Positions 1 to 13,567 of a stretch of 64,000 nt of DNA are shown here, piece after piece. The stretch is from Convolutriloba macropyga. Its lineage: Eukaryota. How positions within the stretch are numbered: position 1 is the first letter of the stretch; each line of letters starts with the position of its first letter. The position numbers and the translations under genes were made by a program. Under the pieces are notes generated by a model that worked only from the letters and a program-made list of their open reading frames with translations, had not been told where the DNA came from and searched no databases. The stretch covers positions 22,692,001-22,756,000 of the forward strand of contig NC_134472.1 of the NCBI RefSeq assembly GCF_964194025.1, written 5' to 3'.

Positions 1-126
1 TCACTCGAGAAGTGAAATCAAAAGCATGTTCCAGAAGAAAAGCGCAAGAACAGTCAAACAAAAATGTTGCATGAAAAGACACGTTTACAATGATTGCTTC
101 AAACTTTGTTCGAAAGGCATTAAAAA
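1..126 (-). mobile_element. 5' part of an E-family element (continues outside the window)
   Basis: Matches 22861-22985 and 47504-47625. Confidence 0.6.
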
Positions 127-154
127 CAAGTAATGCTAGTAAATGAGTGTGTAC

Positions 155-303
155 CTGATGATGGGTCTGGCAGACTTGACTAGTTGGTGTGATGCGAGGA
201 GGGAGAGACCTTCATACCTCATCAGGTATGCCATGCACAGACTGGCACTCCTACTCACTCCAGCCACACAGTGCACAAGAGTACGGCCTCCACTCAGTTT
301 CAC
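155..303 (-). CDS. DUSP14: DUSP14-like phosphatase, exon 3 with catalytic motif (VKLSGGRTLVHCVAGVSRSASLCMAYLMRYEGLSLLASHQLVKSARPII)
   Basis: Not in the ORF track; translated by hand. HCxxGxSRS active site and AYLM motif; acceptor CTTAG|GTG and donor CAG|GTACAC (phase 2). The gene continues left of the window. Confidence 0.93.
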
Positions 304-1111
304 CTAAGCAGACGTGGTACAGTATCAAGGACGAGGGAATCTTTTGAGCATTCCTTTGTCGTGAGTTTTTTCCATCGAAAAAAAATAATTTCTCGTATTG
401 AAGTTGCATTAGCGAAAAAAAACTGTTTATTGAACAAATTTCTCTAATTGAGCAAAAATTCAATTATACTGCTGTTCAGGAATCAAATTAAACAATAAAT
501 GTCACCTCAAACAAGAAAACTTTCATAAGTTCAACCTCAATACTCTCGGTGATTAGATTGAAAGAAACTGACTAACTGGGTTTTTATAATAATAGCTTTC
601 GGTCACGATAGAGCATCTTTGTGATGCTCATTCTGGACAGTTTACAAAACTTTTATTTCGGATACTGAAAACTTTTGACAAGAATGGGAAAAACTCAAGA
701 CGAGAAATGAAATTGTTGCAAAGTGCAAATCGAGTTTTCCTTTGTAATTCAAAGAACGTCCAATAATTATTTCAAGTACAAAAGACGACTACTGATAACG
801 ATTCTTCATTAAAACTTTTGAAAAAGTTTGACAGAAACAAGAACAAAGAAAATTTACTAAAAATCATCGAAATAAACAAATTGTTCGAAAACAGGTGCAT
901 ACTGTCGAAAACAAAGATGTAATGGCCACAAACATTTAAACATTTAGAATCTCAATCAAGATACCATAGTGTGGCGGCTACTAAAGACTTTTGTATCCAG
1001 ACAACAGAACTGTGGCAGAGCATTTACTGCGATTAAAACGGACGAATTGAGCTGAAAATTGGCTGATATTTGCTCAAAGAAACAGTTAGCATCTGAACAA
1101 CTAGCAATTGG

Positions 1112-3072
1112 AAACATAGCCGGCAGCTTGCCGGAAAATAGCTGCGATAGACGCTTGAGGCCCTCCATGAATTGAAACAAATAAAGAAATAAGATATAGA
1201 CAGATCGACCACCAGTCCCTCAATAGACGACTAGAATTTTTGGGATAGATTCAGACTGTCAATTTTATGACACATACGATCTATAACAAAAAAGCCCTAA
1301 AAGAACCTTTTTAAAATTGACATTTGAAATCAAAATCCTAAGACTAATACTCAAGAATTAGGGCATATAACGTTGGCACTACTTAGATGCACACTATTGA
1401 TCTCTAATTAGTTAATGTTCACAAAATTTAAAGTTCCATAAGAGAGTTCAGAAGTCATTCTCTTGAGAGGGGTAAGTCACGCAATTGACCTAAAAGCAGG
1501 AAAGACGTCACGCACAAATTTTATCTGCAAAGCAGTAGATGTCATTAAAAAAGTCAATTCCGAGACGTCAGGTCGCAAGAATCAATGATGGAGACAACGA
1601 ATTAAAAAATATAGCTGGACAAGTCCTGACGTACAATTCAAAAAATTTTCATTGACTAAACGAAAAATTAGACATAGAACGGACTATGAATGGATTGCAA
1701 AGAATAATCATCGCTAACACTTTGAAGCTTTTACCCCTAGGGCAAAATTTGACCATTTTAAATATAACTATTTCAAAAATATGTTGAAAACTACTTTTTC
1801 TTTCTGAAATTGCTGCAGTATTATATCTGCAAGGCCTGAAAAATTGACCAATTTTTTTTAAAAAATGAAATCAATAGCAAATTTTAATGAAACGTGTCTA
1901 AAATGTGATATTATAATCCTTAGAATCATTTCTGTGTCTCTAGAGGCTATCCAGTAACCCATTTCCAAACCTTAAAAAATTAATTTATTCAAAGATCGAT
2001 AGGCAATAATTTTTTAAAATTTCGGATTTCAAAAAATACAAATTAGTTCTTTTAAAATGATAAAAACATTCAATTGCCCCTAGCAGTTATTTAATAACAT
2101 ACTATCAAACCTTGTTTGATGTTATCTGGTTACTTAGGCAAGAAAAACAGAATAAAGACAAAGGTTTTGAAAAAAAAACTTGAAAAAATTGCTAAATTTC
2201 TCAGAAAATTTTTACAAATCGAAAGGTTAAATAGTTGAAAACAAATCCATTGAAATTATCAACCACGCAGTAATTTTTTTCAGACCGTGGAATAGGTTTC
2301 CTGGCACTTAAGAATGGACAAATATCAAAAATTGACAAAAACTTTAGGAAACCTTTAGGAAAACTTTAGGAAAATTGCAGATTTTATTTTGAAAAATGGT
2401 AAAATTCGAGGCATTAAAATGTTGAAAATCAATCCATTGTTACTAGAAAAATAGCAGTGCCCTATTATCAAACCTTAAAAGAGATTCCCTGTCCCCTTGA
2501 AAAATTGCCAAAATTGGGATCATTTTGCGTGTTTGTATTTCTAGTACGAAAACATATAGCTCATAATATGGTCTTAACAAGTAATTTTTTTGTCCCGCAA
2601 AAGTTTTTCATCAACTTTGAAAAACTTCAAACTTAGACTAATCAAACAAAAACTAAAAAAAATCACAAAAACATGAAAAATTGCACCATTTTCAGCACAA
2701 AAACTCCTAAAAATGACCTTTTAACCTTAAATTGAGGCCATCCCAGCAGTTGCACCACTCTTATCACTTGAAGGACTACTAACGTCCACTTTGGGCCTCT
2801 TATGAAACTCAATGCCCGCTTTACCTGTTTTATCCCGTTTTGAAAGACCAAAGTCACTGAAAATTGCGTGAACACATCTTAACAAAACACACAGCGCCCC
2901 AATACAATTCAAATTCTTTGAATTGTAAAAAATTAGGAGCGCAATAATAGCCACCTGAAATTGCTGACGCGGCTATTAAAAAAAAGGCAGCGCCCCAATA
3001 CAATTCAATTTCTTTGAATCGTAAAAAATCACGATGTCCCCAATAATAGCAGCTATGGCTTCGCCGCTATTA
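1112..3072 (-). mobile_element. Composite non-autonomous Helentron-type element (A1 host with C guest from ~1608; cap stack C-A-C-A at 2890-3072)
   Basis: 3' end stem-loop CCGGCA-GCT-TGCCGG beside subTIR AATAGCTGC; 5' cap AATAGC..GCTATTAAT; no TSD; body matches the copies at 42826, 47861 and 55766. Confidence 0.75.
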
Positions 3073-4586
3073 ATAAAACATACCCAGCAGATTGCCAGAA
3101 AATAGCCGCCTTTGATTCCCATAACTCTATTGGGATTGAAAGAAAAGAAAATATCAATAAAAAGTGATTTTTGTATAACATTTTTAAGTGGGATTTATTT
3201 TGATGTCATTTCATAATTGAACATACTCCTGTCTCCCAGTGAGAGGCTACAGGGTCTAGTATCAATACCAATAAGCATTATAGATAGTAAAAAAACTTAT
3301 GAGAACAAAGTTCAGGTTTCTGGCATCTAAAAATGGGTTTTATGGGTTTACCCCTTTCTATTTCTGACTTTGATTTTTTTACTGACTCTTCATTTTGAAT
3401 TGCTTTGCTGAGCAGCTGCTGTTTAAAAGAACTTTGAGCAGAATGACAGAAGAGTGAAAATAGCCTAGAGAAGTCAAAAAGATTTTACGCAAAATGTCGA
3501 AAAAGAGGCAAAACGGGTAAAGCAAAAAAAAAATCGACGAAGTAAAGAAACATAACAGGACAAGCCCTGACGTACAATTCAAAGAATTTTCATTGACTAA
3601 ACAGAAAATTAGACATAGAACGGACTATGAATGGATTGCAAAAAATCCGATCCGAAAAATCGAAAAAAAACAGTACAAAATCAGTACAAAATTGCCGCAT
3701 GTGAACAAAAAACCACTAGCGAGAAAGCGAATTTTTGTTCAAACACCTTTTTCTCACTCTACTTTAAAATTAGAGCGAAAAAATTTCACGCCCCAAAATC
3801 ACTCGTTATTTCGCTCCACTTCCTGTTTCAGCGTGACCAAAATCATTACTCCAATTTTACTTCAAAAATCATTAAAATGTGTGAACAGCTCGATCTAAAA
3901 AAAACATAGCAGGACAAGTCCTGACATACAATTAACTTTCAATGACTAAACAGAAAACTAGACCAAGAACGGGCTATGAATGGATTGGCAAAACCATTTA
4001 GAAAAAAATCCGATCAAAAAAATCAAAAAAACTGTAAAAATCAAAGTGAAATTGCCGCATGTGAACAAAAAACCACTAGCGAGAAAGCGAATTTTTGTTC
4101 AAACACCGTTTTCTCACTCTAATTTAAATTTAGAGTGAAAACATTTACGCCGCAAAACTTTCGACGTGAACAAAATCACTACTCCAATTTGACTTCAAAA
4201 ATCATGAAAATGTGGGAACAGATCTTAAAAAAAACATAGCCGGAATAATTCCGGAAGACTCGGAGAAAATTGTCCATACTTATGATTAAACAACTAGAAC
4301 AACTTTTGTGAACCCTAAACCTCCACAAATGGCGTAAAAAATTTAAGGGAGAATAGAAACGGCATTCAAAAACAAATTGAATAAAAAACTAGAAAAAAAT
4401 TATGAGTTTTTTTAATAGTACAAGGAAACAAAGCCGAATAAACTTCCTTTGCAATTAGAGCAATGGAAATCATAATACGTTAAGAAACTTATCTAAGATT
4501 TTAAAAAAAGAAAAACTGCAAATAAAAAGAATAATGGTTTAAAATTTCTCAATTTTTCCGTCAATTTTCCTAAGAAAATAATTTAT

Positions 4587-5088
4587 AACATAGGTGGCAG
4601 ATTGCCAGAAAATAGCCGCAATTGATTCGTAGATCGGCAGTCTAAAAAAACAGTAAAAAAGAAAAAAAATCGTCTTTTCATTGAAGGCTGATCTGTTATA
4701 TTTTGATTGAAAATCTGTATAAGTTATTGCTGCCTCTATTAGCTGATCTCAAATAACCTTCATTTAGAGTGACACACACCCATTTGACCTTATCTCTTTG
4801 AATTAAAGTAAATAAAAGTCAATTTCAAATTGAGGAAGTCATTTTTGAGAGTGAGGTAAGTCAAGTGTGACCAAAAATTTAATCACGCGCATGAACAAAA
4901 AGAAAAAATTCGCTCCACTAAGAGCGAAAAATGACGTCACACATGCAATTCAGTTAAAATTGCATGAACGAATGAACAAAAAGTGGCTGTGGCGTCATAT
5001 GGTCGTAACAAAAATCATGACGACGAAATAAAAGAAAAACCAAGAGAAGGCCAATAATAGCCCCAGTTATCGCTGTGCGGCTATTAAT
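4587..5088 (-). mobile_element. 'Empty' A2 Helentron-type element (~500 bp)
   Basis: Complete, with both termini; same sequence as 5804-6248 plus 7934-7982 but without the B guest. Confidence 0.82.
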
Positions 5089-6248
5089 CAACAAAACTTG
5101 AATCAATTGTTATCTGAACATTCTTAGTAACAAGCTTCTATTCAAATCCCACTTAAAGCATTAAAACAAAAAAAACAGGCAAAAAATCATTAAATTTTGT
5201 CTAAAAATCCGCAAAACTGATCAAAAACCTCCAAATTAGCATTGAACTCAAATTAAATACTTGAAACCTTCAATTCTTACCAAAACAAGCCTAAAACTAA
5301 TACAATACCATAATCAAACCTCATAACCATCAAAAGTTGCAACAACTGTTTTTAAAAGCCGCACGTGAACAAAAAAATTTTGCTCGCTTAGAGAAAATTT
5401 TTCACACATCAGTTTCTCGCTCTCTCGAAAACAGCGGTATGAACAAAAACCACTCTTTTTTCGCTCCGCTCTTCACTTTTGTTCAGCACCAAAATCACCC
5501 AAAAATTTTTCACGCCTTTCATTTCCCGCTTCAACAATCGCTCCAATAAAATTGATTTAAAAAAAGGACTTCTCCAATACTCTTCGAGTCGTAAAAAAAG
5601 ACAGCGCCCCAATACAATTCAAATTCTTTGAATTGTAATAAAAAATGGTGAAAGACGCCTGCCTGCACATTGCTCCAAGTAACTATAAATAGTGAATTCC
5701 AAGTATCATTTTGAGACACACTTCTTACAGCCACGCTTTCTACAAAGACGGCCAACTTTAGTCACTCCAATTTAAATCACTCCAATAAAATTGACTAAAC
5801 AAAAACATAGCTGGCAGATTGCCAGAAAATAGCCGCAATAGATTCGTAGATCGGCAGTCAAAAAACAGTAAAAGGACAGACCAAAAAAATTCGTCTTTTC
5901 GTTGAAGGCTGATCTGTTATATTTTGATTAAAGATCTGTATAAATTATTGCTGCCTCTATTAGCTGATCTCAAATAACCTTCATTTAGAGTGAAACACAC
6001 CCATTTGACCTTATCTCTTTGAATTAAATTAAATAAAAGTCAATTTCAAAGTGAGGAAGTCATTTTTGTGAGTGAGGTAAGTCAAGTGTGACCAAAAATT
6101 TAATCACGCGCATGAACAAAAAATCTCGCTCCACTAACAGCGAAAAATGACGTCACACATGCAATTCAGTTAAAATTGCATGAACGAATGAACAAAAAGT
6201 GGCTGTGACGTCATATGGTCGTAACAAAAATCATGACGACGAAATAAA

Positions 6249-7931
6249 AAACATAGCCGGAAGAATTCCGGAATCGACTCGAAGCACCAAAACATCACAA
6301 AAAGCTGAAGCGATTACCTTTTGTATTAAACCATAAACCCATTACCTCCCCGGGTCTGATCTAAAAATCGGTGAAATTTGAACCACTGTCACCAAAAGAA
6401 AATGCAGCAAAATTTTATTATTGAAAACCTTTGGTAACGTTAAGTCTGAAATATTTAGGATGGTCAAGAAACTGATAGCCAGACAAAGCTGACAGGGCCA
6501 TCAATTTCCCTCAGATAATTATTGATTCTAATCTCAAAAAGATCGCGAAAGCAAATGGCAGATATAAACTTTTCAAAAAAGACAGGAAAGTCAAAATTAT
6601 TCAAAAAAGAGTGTTCAAACATAAGAATCAGAGAAACACTACAATTAGATTTCTAATCACGGCAATTAAGCCAAAAATAATACATGATTCTTCCTTGTTG
6701 TATATATGCTAGACAACATGATTTCATACTAATTCAAAAAATTAAATTAATCAAAGAAACACAAAAGCAACAGAATGACATTCAAAGGCAAAAAATCGAC
6801 TGAAAACAATACCAAGCCCGGAAGAAAATTGCAATGAATAGTAATAAGTAGAAACGTTGGAAAAGACTTTCTAGCAAACTTCCTGTAGTGCCTTCTTTTG
6901 AATTAAATCCATTGCAAACCGAAACAACCAAGATCTAAGAAAAAGCTGAATTCATTCAATTTTTTAACAACTGAAAAAATCAATATAACGAATATAAAAT
7001 TAGGTGCCAGGACAAAACTAGAATGATACAGACAAGAATGTGAAGAATATGGAACCAATGTTAGGAACAAAAAATCAAGAAAAACGAGTACATTTCATTG
7101 ATCAGCATTCGAGACATAGAAAAGACAACGTGTCATTCGAGACAAAAATCCAACTTGCTGAACAGAATAAAACAAGAAAAAGCAGAATTCAGACATGCGA
7201 AACAATGAAACATTTTGCAAAAAAGTGGTCAAAAAATATTTAAGACTGCATTTATGAAAAAAATTTATCTGTTTTTTCAAAAAATTAACACCAAAAAATG
7301 ATTGAATTTTTATTGAAACAAAATTAACGTCCCTCATGTTCCCCAAAATACTATTTCTAGTAATTAAAAGCAAAATACAAACAAAAAACTGAAAAAAATT
7401 GGCAAAAAAGAGGCATTGAGTATAAGAATTATCAAAGGGAAGTTGCCATATTAACTGATTTTTGACAAAAAACAGCTAAAAGATCCAAAAATGAAGTAAC
7501 TAATAGAAAAAAAGCCAAAAATTAAATAAAAAATCAAGAAATATGTGCCAATTTCGCATTTGAAACGCAATTTCAGGCTATGCAAAATACTGTGCTATCA
7601 ATTTCCGGGGTTTACATTTCAACATAGCATCGATTAAAAATTATTTGTACAAAAAACCAAATTACAAGCAAAAAAACTAGGCCACTTAGACGAAAAAACG
7701 GCTAAAAATGGTTATCTATGTGCCATTCAGTCAAAAACTACTTTTCAATGTCAAAAAGTCATTCACTAAACGCAGCGCATGATCAAAAAAAACTTCTCTC
7801 GCTCAGAAAAAAATAGTTCACACTGCAATTTTACTCGCTTTCGCTTTTAGGTCAAAACATCGTCTGAACGAATAGTACTTTCGGTAAAAGAAAACCTTAA
7901 GAAAACCAATACTCCTCTTCGAGTCGTAAAA
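6249..7931 (-). mobile_element. B-family Helentron-type element (~1.7 kb) inside A2
   Basis: 3' stem-loop CCGGAA-GAA-TTCCGG and subTIR CGACTCGAA / TTCGAGTCG; homologous to 30020-32177, 37484-39278 and 44975-46461. Confidence 0.8.
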
Positions 7932-8316
7932 AAACCAAGAGAAGGCCAATAATAGCCCCAGCTATCGCTGTGCGGCTATTAAAAAAGACTTCTCCAATAC
8001 TCCTCTTCGAGTCGTAAAAAGACAGCGCCCCAATACAATTCAAATCCTTTGAATTGTAAAAAAATAGGAGCGCTATAATAGCCGGCTGAGAAGATGAGGG
8101 CGGCTATTAATAAATGAATTTCGTAATATCAGCTTGATGCTTATGAAAGCTCGACAAAAATTTAGACCTCAATCACGTAAAAAAACGCGCATTTGATATG
8201 CTTTTCAAGATTACCATTTAGAATGTTCTACGCAGAAAATGTTTTACAAGGTGTCTTTGAGAGAATTTAATTATTTCGTCATTATCATCAAACGCTGATT
8301 GATCAACAAAAGAGAC

Positions 8317-8532
8317 CTGATTGATTTTCTGTGCGATGTATTCGAAGTGAGCACTAAGCTGAGCAGATGGCATGTCATCTACAGCCACCCGCACATACTC
8401 TATCCCTGTTCTGGCTGCACCTGGATTGGGCAAATCAGGAGTCGCATTCACCACACACGTGATACCGTGCTGCCTCAACAGCTGTGTGTCTCTCGCACCC
8501 TCATACGACGAAATGAACAGACTAGGTGCCAC
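8317..8532 (-). CDS. DUSP14: DUSP14-like phosphatase, exon 2 (VAPSLFISS...GITCVVNAT...VDDMP...IAQKINQ)
   Basis: Acceptor TTTAG|GTG and donor CAG|GTCTCT; 216 bp, phase 0/0; contains GITCVVNAT and the general-acid D loop typical of atypical DUSPs. Confidence 0.9.
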
Positions 8533-9165
8533 CTAAACACAGGTACTCCCTACTCTTCAGATCTATAGTGAACGTCTTTTTCATTCCTGCCCTCCGTTGG
8601 GGTAATAGCTTACTGTCGTATTCTGAAAATCATTTACTCTGTGATGGTACATACCTTCTCTGTAACCGGGGACCATAAAGTACAGGAGGGGCAATAGCGA
8701 AAAAGATCCGAGTTTGTGTTGTTGCATTCCCTTTTTCACACGAAGAACTTTATAATTGACTGAATATTGGGTTATTTCCCATCATACCGACTCATTCTCC
8801 TACTCTAAAACTTTAAATGATATTTAGGGTCTGGAGGTTTTTATTTGCAATAAGCATGAAAGGTCATCATAATACAGTTCATAAGACAGGGTCAAGAACT
8901 GTACAACTTAGTCCAATCATTTAAAACAAAAAAGCGAGTCGAAAAAAATAGTAATTCAGACACAAGCATTTGCCGGGATCAGTTTTGAGAACGGGAAACG
9001 AGCATGTTTTGAGATCAGGAGCAAGTTCAGAGATCGCATTTCAGCTCTGAGTCTATCTTTAGAATGAGGACATATTGCAGAGACATGCCAAGAGCACAAA
9101 ATTCATCCGGTTGTTTGTCTATAATGTCGTGTTAGAGGGTAGATTAGAGTAAAGAAGTTGTTTAC

Positions 9166-9258
9166 CTTGCACAGACCAGATATCTTGTTCATTGGTTGCC
9201 AATCTGAAACATAATTTGGGTACTGAAGCCTCACTCCGGGTGGGTACCGAGCCATCAT
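9166..9258 (-). CDS. DUSP14: DUSP14-like dual-specificity phosphatase, first coding exon (MMARYPPGVRLQYPNYVSDWQPMNKISGLCK)
   Basis: ATG at 9258 with an in-frame TGA upstream; donor AAG|GTAAAC; a phase-0 join to the 8532 exon gives ...ISGLCKVAPSLFIS..., matching the start of the DSP domain. Likely 5'UTR acceptor TTTCAG at 9496-9497. Confidence 0.75.
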
Positions 9259-11199
9259 ACAAATACACACAAAGAGCCAATAGTCGATATTGTTTCAGAT
9301 TATGTTCCAATTAGTATTTTGCAGTGTTGTGCTGTGTTGCGATGGGAGGGGGGAGTGAGAATGGTGCTGCCTGACTGATTGGTGATGTGATCAGGTGAGG
9401 GTTGTTGAATGGGGGTGTTTGTTTGCGGGGTGAGGGGGAAGTTGAGTGAATTGGTTGTTACGAATTGGTTGCAAATTTGACACACAAAACAGCCTCTGAA
9501 AGATAAAAATGACTGCTCTATTTGTTAATCTCGGACGGAGTACTCAACCTGTCAATAAAAACAAGCGGCCAAAAAAACTCGACAAAATATCTTTGATCAA
9601 CTTTAAAAAAAAAAGCTAAAAAAATTATCTCGTTCCCTCTCCAACCGACAGAACTCCACTTCCCATGTAGTAGAAAAAATGATAAAAAAATTTTTGACGA
9701 CTGAATCTGAGTATCCAGCTCTTTAATATATCAAAACTCTTATTTCTCCAGAATGAAATACTTTAAGCTAAATTTTGACTAAATATGAGTTCAATCATGA
9801 AACCGCATAAGCTACAAACAACGCTCAATTTTTCATAACGGAAGTTTCTGAATTTCAATTTCAGTACGGAGGCTTGCCAATGCGCGATGGCATATAATGT
9901 TACGACTCCGCTCATCCACAATCTTCTCTCAATTGTCTACCCATTTTATTGAAGCAGAGATAGACTGCCTCTATTGATAGATTCTTGAATAAGGACGGAT
10001 GTCTATAAAAAAAGGCGTCAGATCAAAAAAGGCGTGAGATCAAATTGCTTAATTTCACTGTAGATCCAAAAATCAAGATCTATTCCGCTTTAAAAACAAA
10101 TCTCACCGAAGTATCTCTTTTTAGAGATAACAAGTGCCCTTCACTTTATTTCGATTAGATTTCAAATTCCAAAGGTATAGTGAGAAGTGAGCGCGGAAGT
10201 AAAACTGAAATTGACCTTATCGCACACCTAAAAACCTAAATTTAGAATGCAAAATCAGATCAGTTTTAAATAGAGGCTAACCAAACTTTATAACGACGTA
10301 ATTCACGTTTGAAGTAACTCATGCTTGCCCATTGGCCTTATAAAAGATAGCTCTAGCATATTGCTTATCGATTCAAATAAACAAGTACAATCGACAAAAA
10401 TAGAAAATGTCACGAATAAAACTCCAGTTTGTTTGAAATTTGAAGCAAACCAATACAACCTCAGAAAAAATTATAAAAACTAAAATCACTGAACAAGTAT
10501 ATAGGATTGAGTATGAAAAAATTGGGACCAATTGTTAAGGAGGTTAATTCAAGAATTGACAGAACAATATTGAGGCTTTAATTACCATTTTTTTAATTAA
10601 AACAATTTTTTGTCAAACAAACACGTTCAAAAATTTCAATCATGCTTCTCCGGAAACCCAATTGGACTCATCAATAATTAGAGTAATGACGAGTCCCTTT
10701 GTAAGCAACTAAATTTAACAAAAAAAAACAAAATTGAAAGATCAATTATAGACAGAACTAGAAGAACGGTCCATTTTTTGACAAAATTTGAATGGCGCCA
10801 TTTTAAAATAGATGATAAGCCAACAAGTAAAATGGCAATCTAAAGTGAAGGTCACAAAAAGGACACCAAGGCCATGTGAAGGTCACCAACGAGATTGACG
10901 GTCATGGAAACAATTAAAGAAACAAAAATTCTCAGAACTCAAATTCCGTCCATGATTTTCGAAAGTGACCGGTCATTAAAAAAAGCTATAAACTCCAGTC
11001 AGTCAAAAAGCCTTCTTACCACCTCTTCAATCAATGTAATACCGTAACAAACGTAGCGGAAAAAATACATCTGAAGTCAAAATTAACAAAAAATACTTAA
11101 AAATAATTTAAAAAATTCAGTGGCTAAAATCAAAATTCAAAACGAGATGTCTCAGTACTGGGACATAGTAAAATACTAAGAATAAAAAACGGTACACAC

Positions 11200-12310
11200 A
11201 TTTATAGAAAACACACAGTGTCAAGTTCACAAAATCATTATCTGCCCTCAGACCAACACAGACAACAGCCCTTATCCACCATAGGACAAAAAATGCATTA
11301 GCTAGACTAAGTAGTTTAATTCTGATAGTACTAAAAAACACGGAAACTTATAAAAATGAGTGGCTGAAAACCTTGTGATCATTATTCTTTCTTAACCAAA
11401 TGCAAACTCGAACAGACGGAACGCTAAAAACTAGATCAACTCTCATGAAATTTGACATTCTAAAAAAGACAACTTTACCAAGTAAACAACTAATTATAAC
11501 CAAACCACAAAAAGACATCTCGAAGTCAAATACCTCGTTTTCAAACTGAAGTTCAACCTGGAACTTCTCTCATGTAACAATTTCATTATTTTTGAGCTTG
11601 CTAAGCTCTAAATTTATTTGATTATATTCTATGAGCTCAATTTTGAATTTAAAAGAATCAGTAGTAAGAAAAATGACCTCTAAACTCAATTACTCCAAAC
11701 CGAGAAAGCAAACTCAAATAGATGTTACCCACGCTGGATCATCAAACTAACTCAGGAGTGCGCTATGCCATGTTCGCTCTTCAAACTCACTAAAAGTAGG
11801 TTTTAACAAATGGTTTTTCGAGTCAAATAAAGACATGCAAATAACAAAGAATCAAAGTGAAACACAAATTTCTTATAAATTTTGATGTTTGGGAACCAAT
11901 TTGCGAAACAAAAAACCGACAGAAAATACAAAATCTAGAATTCCTAAGAATACGCACACATTGAAGCATGAATCAGCTAGAATCTCTAATTGATGTGCAG
12001 GTAGACGAAACACTATTGATGTGCAATTTTTCCCAAAATATTATTTGTAAACTTTTTAAAACCATTCGCTGTCGAATGAACACATAAAAGAGTTTCAATT
12101 ATAATCCCTTAGACAATCAATTCCTCTTGTAAGCAGTCGGAACAATTAAAAATCCAATTGTAAACATCCAAATATAACAAAAAAAACCGAACGAGTGAAA
12201 TCCAAATAGACAAAACTCCATTTTTTCAAAAATAATTGGCTTCAAAATTATATCTGTGATTAGCTATCAGCAACGAGACGTCTCAATATTGGGAATTAGT
12301 AGCAATACAA
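11200..12310 (+). mobile_element. Possible highly decayed Penelope-like retroelement
   Basis: Remnants in the expected order: SPLS-like (~11266), CYPRWIIK (NGYP-like, ~11722) and IICKLFKTIRCRMN (GIY-YIG-like, ~12040); many stops and indels. Confidence 0.3.
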
Positions 12311-12879
12311 CATAAGAACAAAAATGGACGGAAACAAAATTTTAATGAAAACTCCGAACTTTTTATTAAAACAAATAGATGCAAGTAACCAATGCTATAA
12401 ACCAATGCTACAAAACTCTGAACATCATTTACATTCAATTAGACCTCGTGAGAACTTCATTGAGACGTGTCAGTTTCAGGAATCAATTGCAATAAAAAAA
12501 GCAAAATAAACAATTGGTAACATTTTAATGAAAAACTGAAAACTTTTCTCTCAAAGCCAACAAAATTATTAGTTCCCTACAGACCACATCAGACAATGAC
12601 ATAAAATTACAATTAATTAAATGCGTTGCATTCAGTATACTTTGCCGAGAAATCAAACAAAAAAAAAACCAAAACAGAAAACAAATGGCGACAAAAACAT
12701 ATAAAAAATGGCTCTAAAACCGAAAAATTTACACCAAAAAATTATAGAAAAATATTAACCAAAAATCCACCACGATAAGACATAGTTTGGCAATAATTAT
12801 TTAAAATTATTTCAAAAAATGTGAACAAAATCTGTGTGATAAGTGAAATGTTCACAAAAACATCAAAACTCCTCGAAGA

Positions 12880-13045
12880 GGACGAAATTCTAACTTTTTA
12901 AATTCACAAGCGATACCGGACGAGCTTTCTAGTGATACCACTCACAAATCTCCAAAAAACATATCGATCGGCCACAATTGACCTAACTAATAAAACAGTT
13001 GAGCATATAGTTCATCTCCCCACAAGTGGGGGTCAAAACAATAAA
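12880..13045 (-). mobile_element. 5' fragment of an F-family Helentron-type element
   Basis: Matches 29230-29422, including the CCCCACAAGTGGGG hairpin. Confidence 0.6.
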
Positions 13046-13197
13046 GTGGAAATTATTTCACTTAAGAAATTTACAATTAACATTTCATACCAATAATGTT
13101 TATATAGGCAGAACATCAATTAAAATTGACTTCAAAAACATGCAGGCAAGTGAAATCAAAGACCACTTTTAGTGAAACGCATGAAAAAAACGAAAAC

Positions 13198-13567
13198 AAC
13201 CGACTAACGTTGGAAGAATTGCTGGAGGCTCGAGTAAGGTCAAATCTATTGCAGTCTGCTTCAGTGGGAACTAAATTCACTGTTTCAAAGGACAGTCAAT
13301 AAAGTTATTATATACCACTACAAACACTAATAAAATTTAAAGTAAAAAACATACAAAATTGTGCGCACTTCTTAGGACTAATGAACTGCCGCCACTTGAA
13401 TTCAGCTGCTGACGCTTGTGAATGAGAGAAATTTAGATTCTTGTGAATGAGAGAGAAACTTAGATTATGCAAAAATGAAAAAGTCAAGGGCGCAAAAGTC
13501 AAAACGGTCAAGCAAATACTTGCCATGAAAACAGCCGTTAGTATACCGAAGAGTCATGCAATAAAAA
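13198..13567 (-). mobile_element. Diverged E-family-related element
   Basis: Starts AACCGACTAACGTTGGAAGAATTGC like 22628 and 47229; right part resembles the E body. Confidence 0.45.

Larger units (their letters stand above)
3076..8110 (-). mobile_element. 5-kb nest of Helentron-type elements (A4 > C > C > B2 > A2; second A2 > B)
   Basis: 3' termini at 3076, 3548, 3903, 4233, 4587, 5804 and 6249; caps at ~5040-5088, 5567-5638 and 7907-8110. Outer subTIR pair AATAGCCGCC / GGCGGCTATT. Confidence 0.78.

Noticed and set aside
7907-8110. CRISPR-like or attC-like array of short palindromes
   Set aside because: The modules are different sequences that mostly pair with a distant element 3' end; there are no unique spacers, no cas or integrase genes, and the context is a eukaryotic intron.
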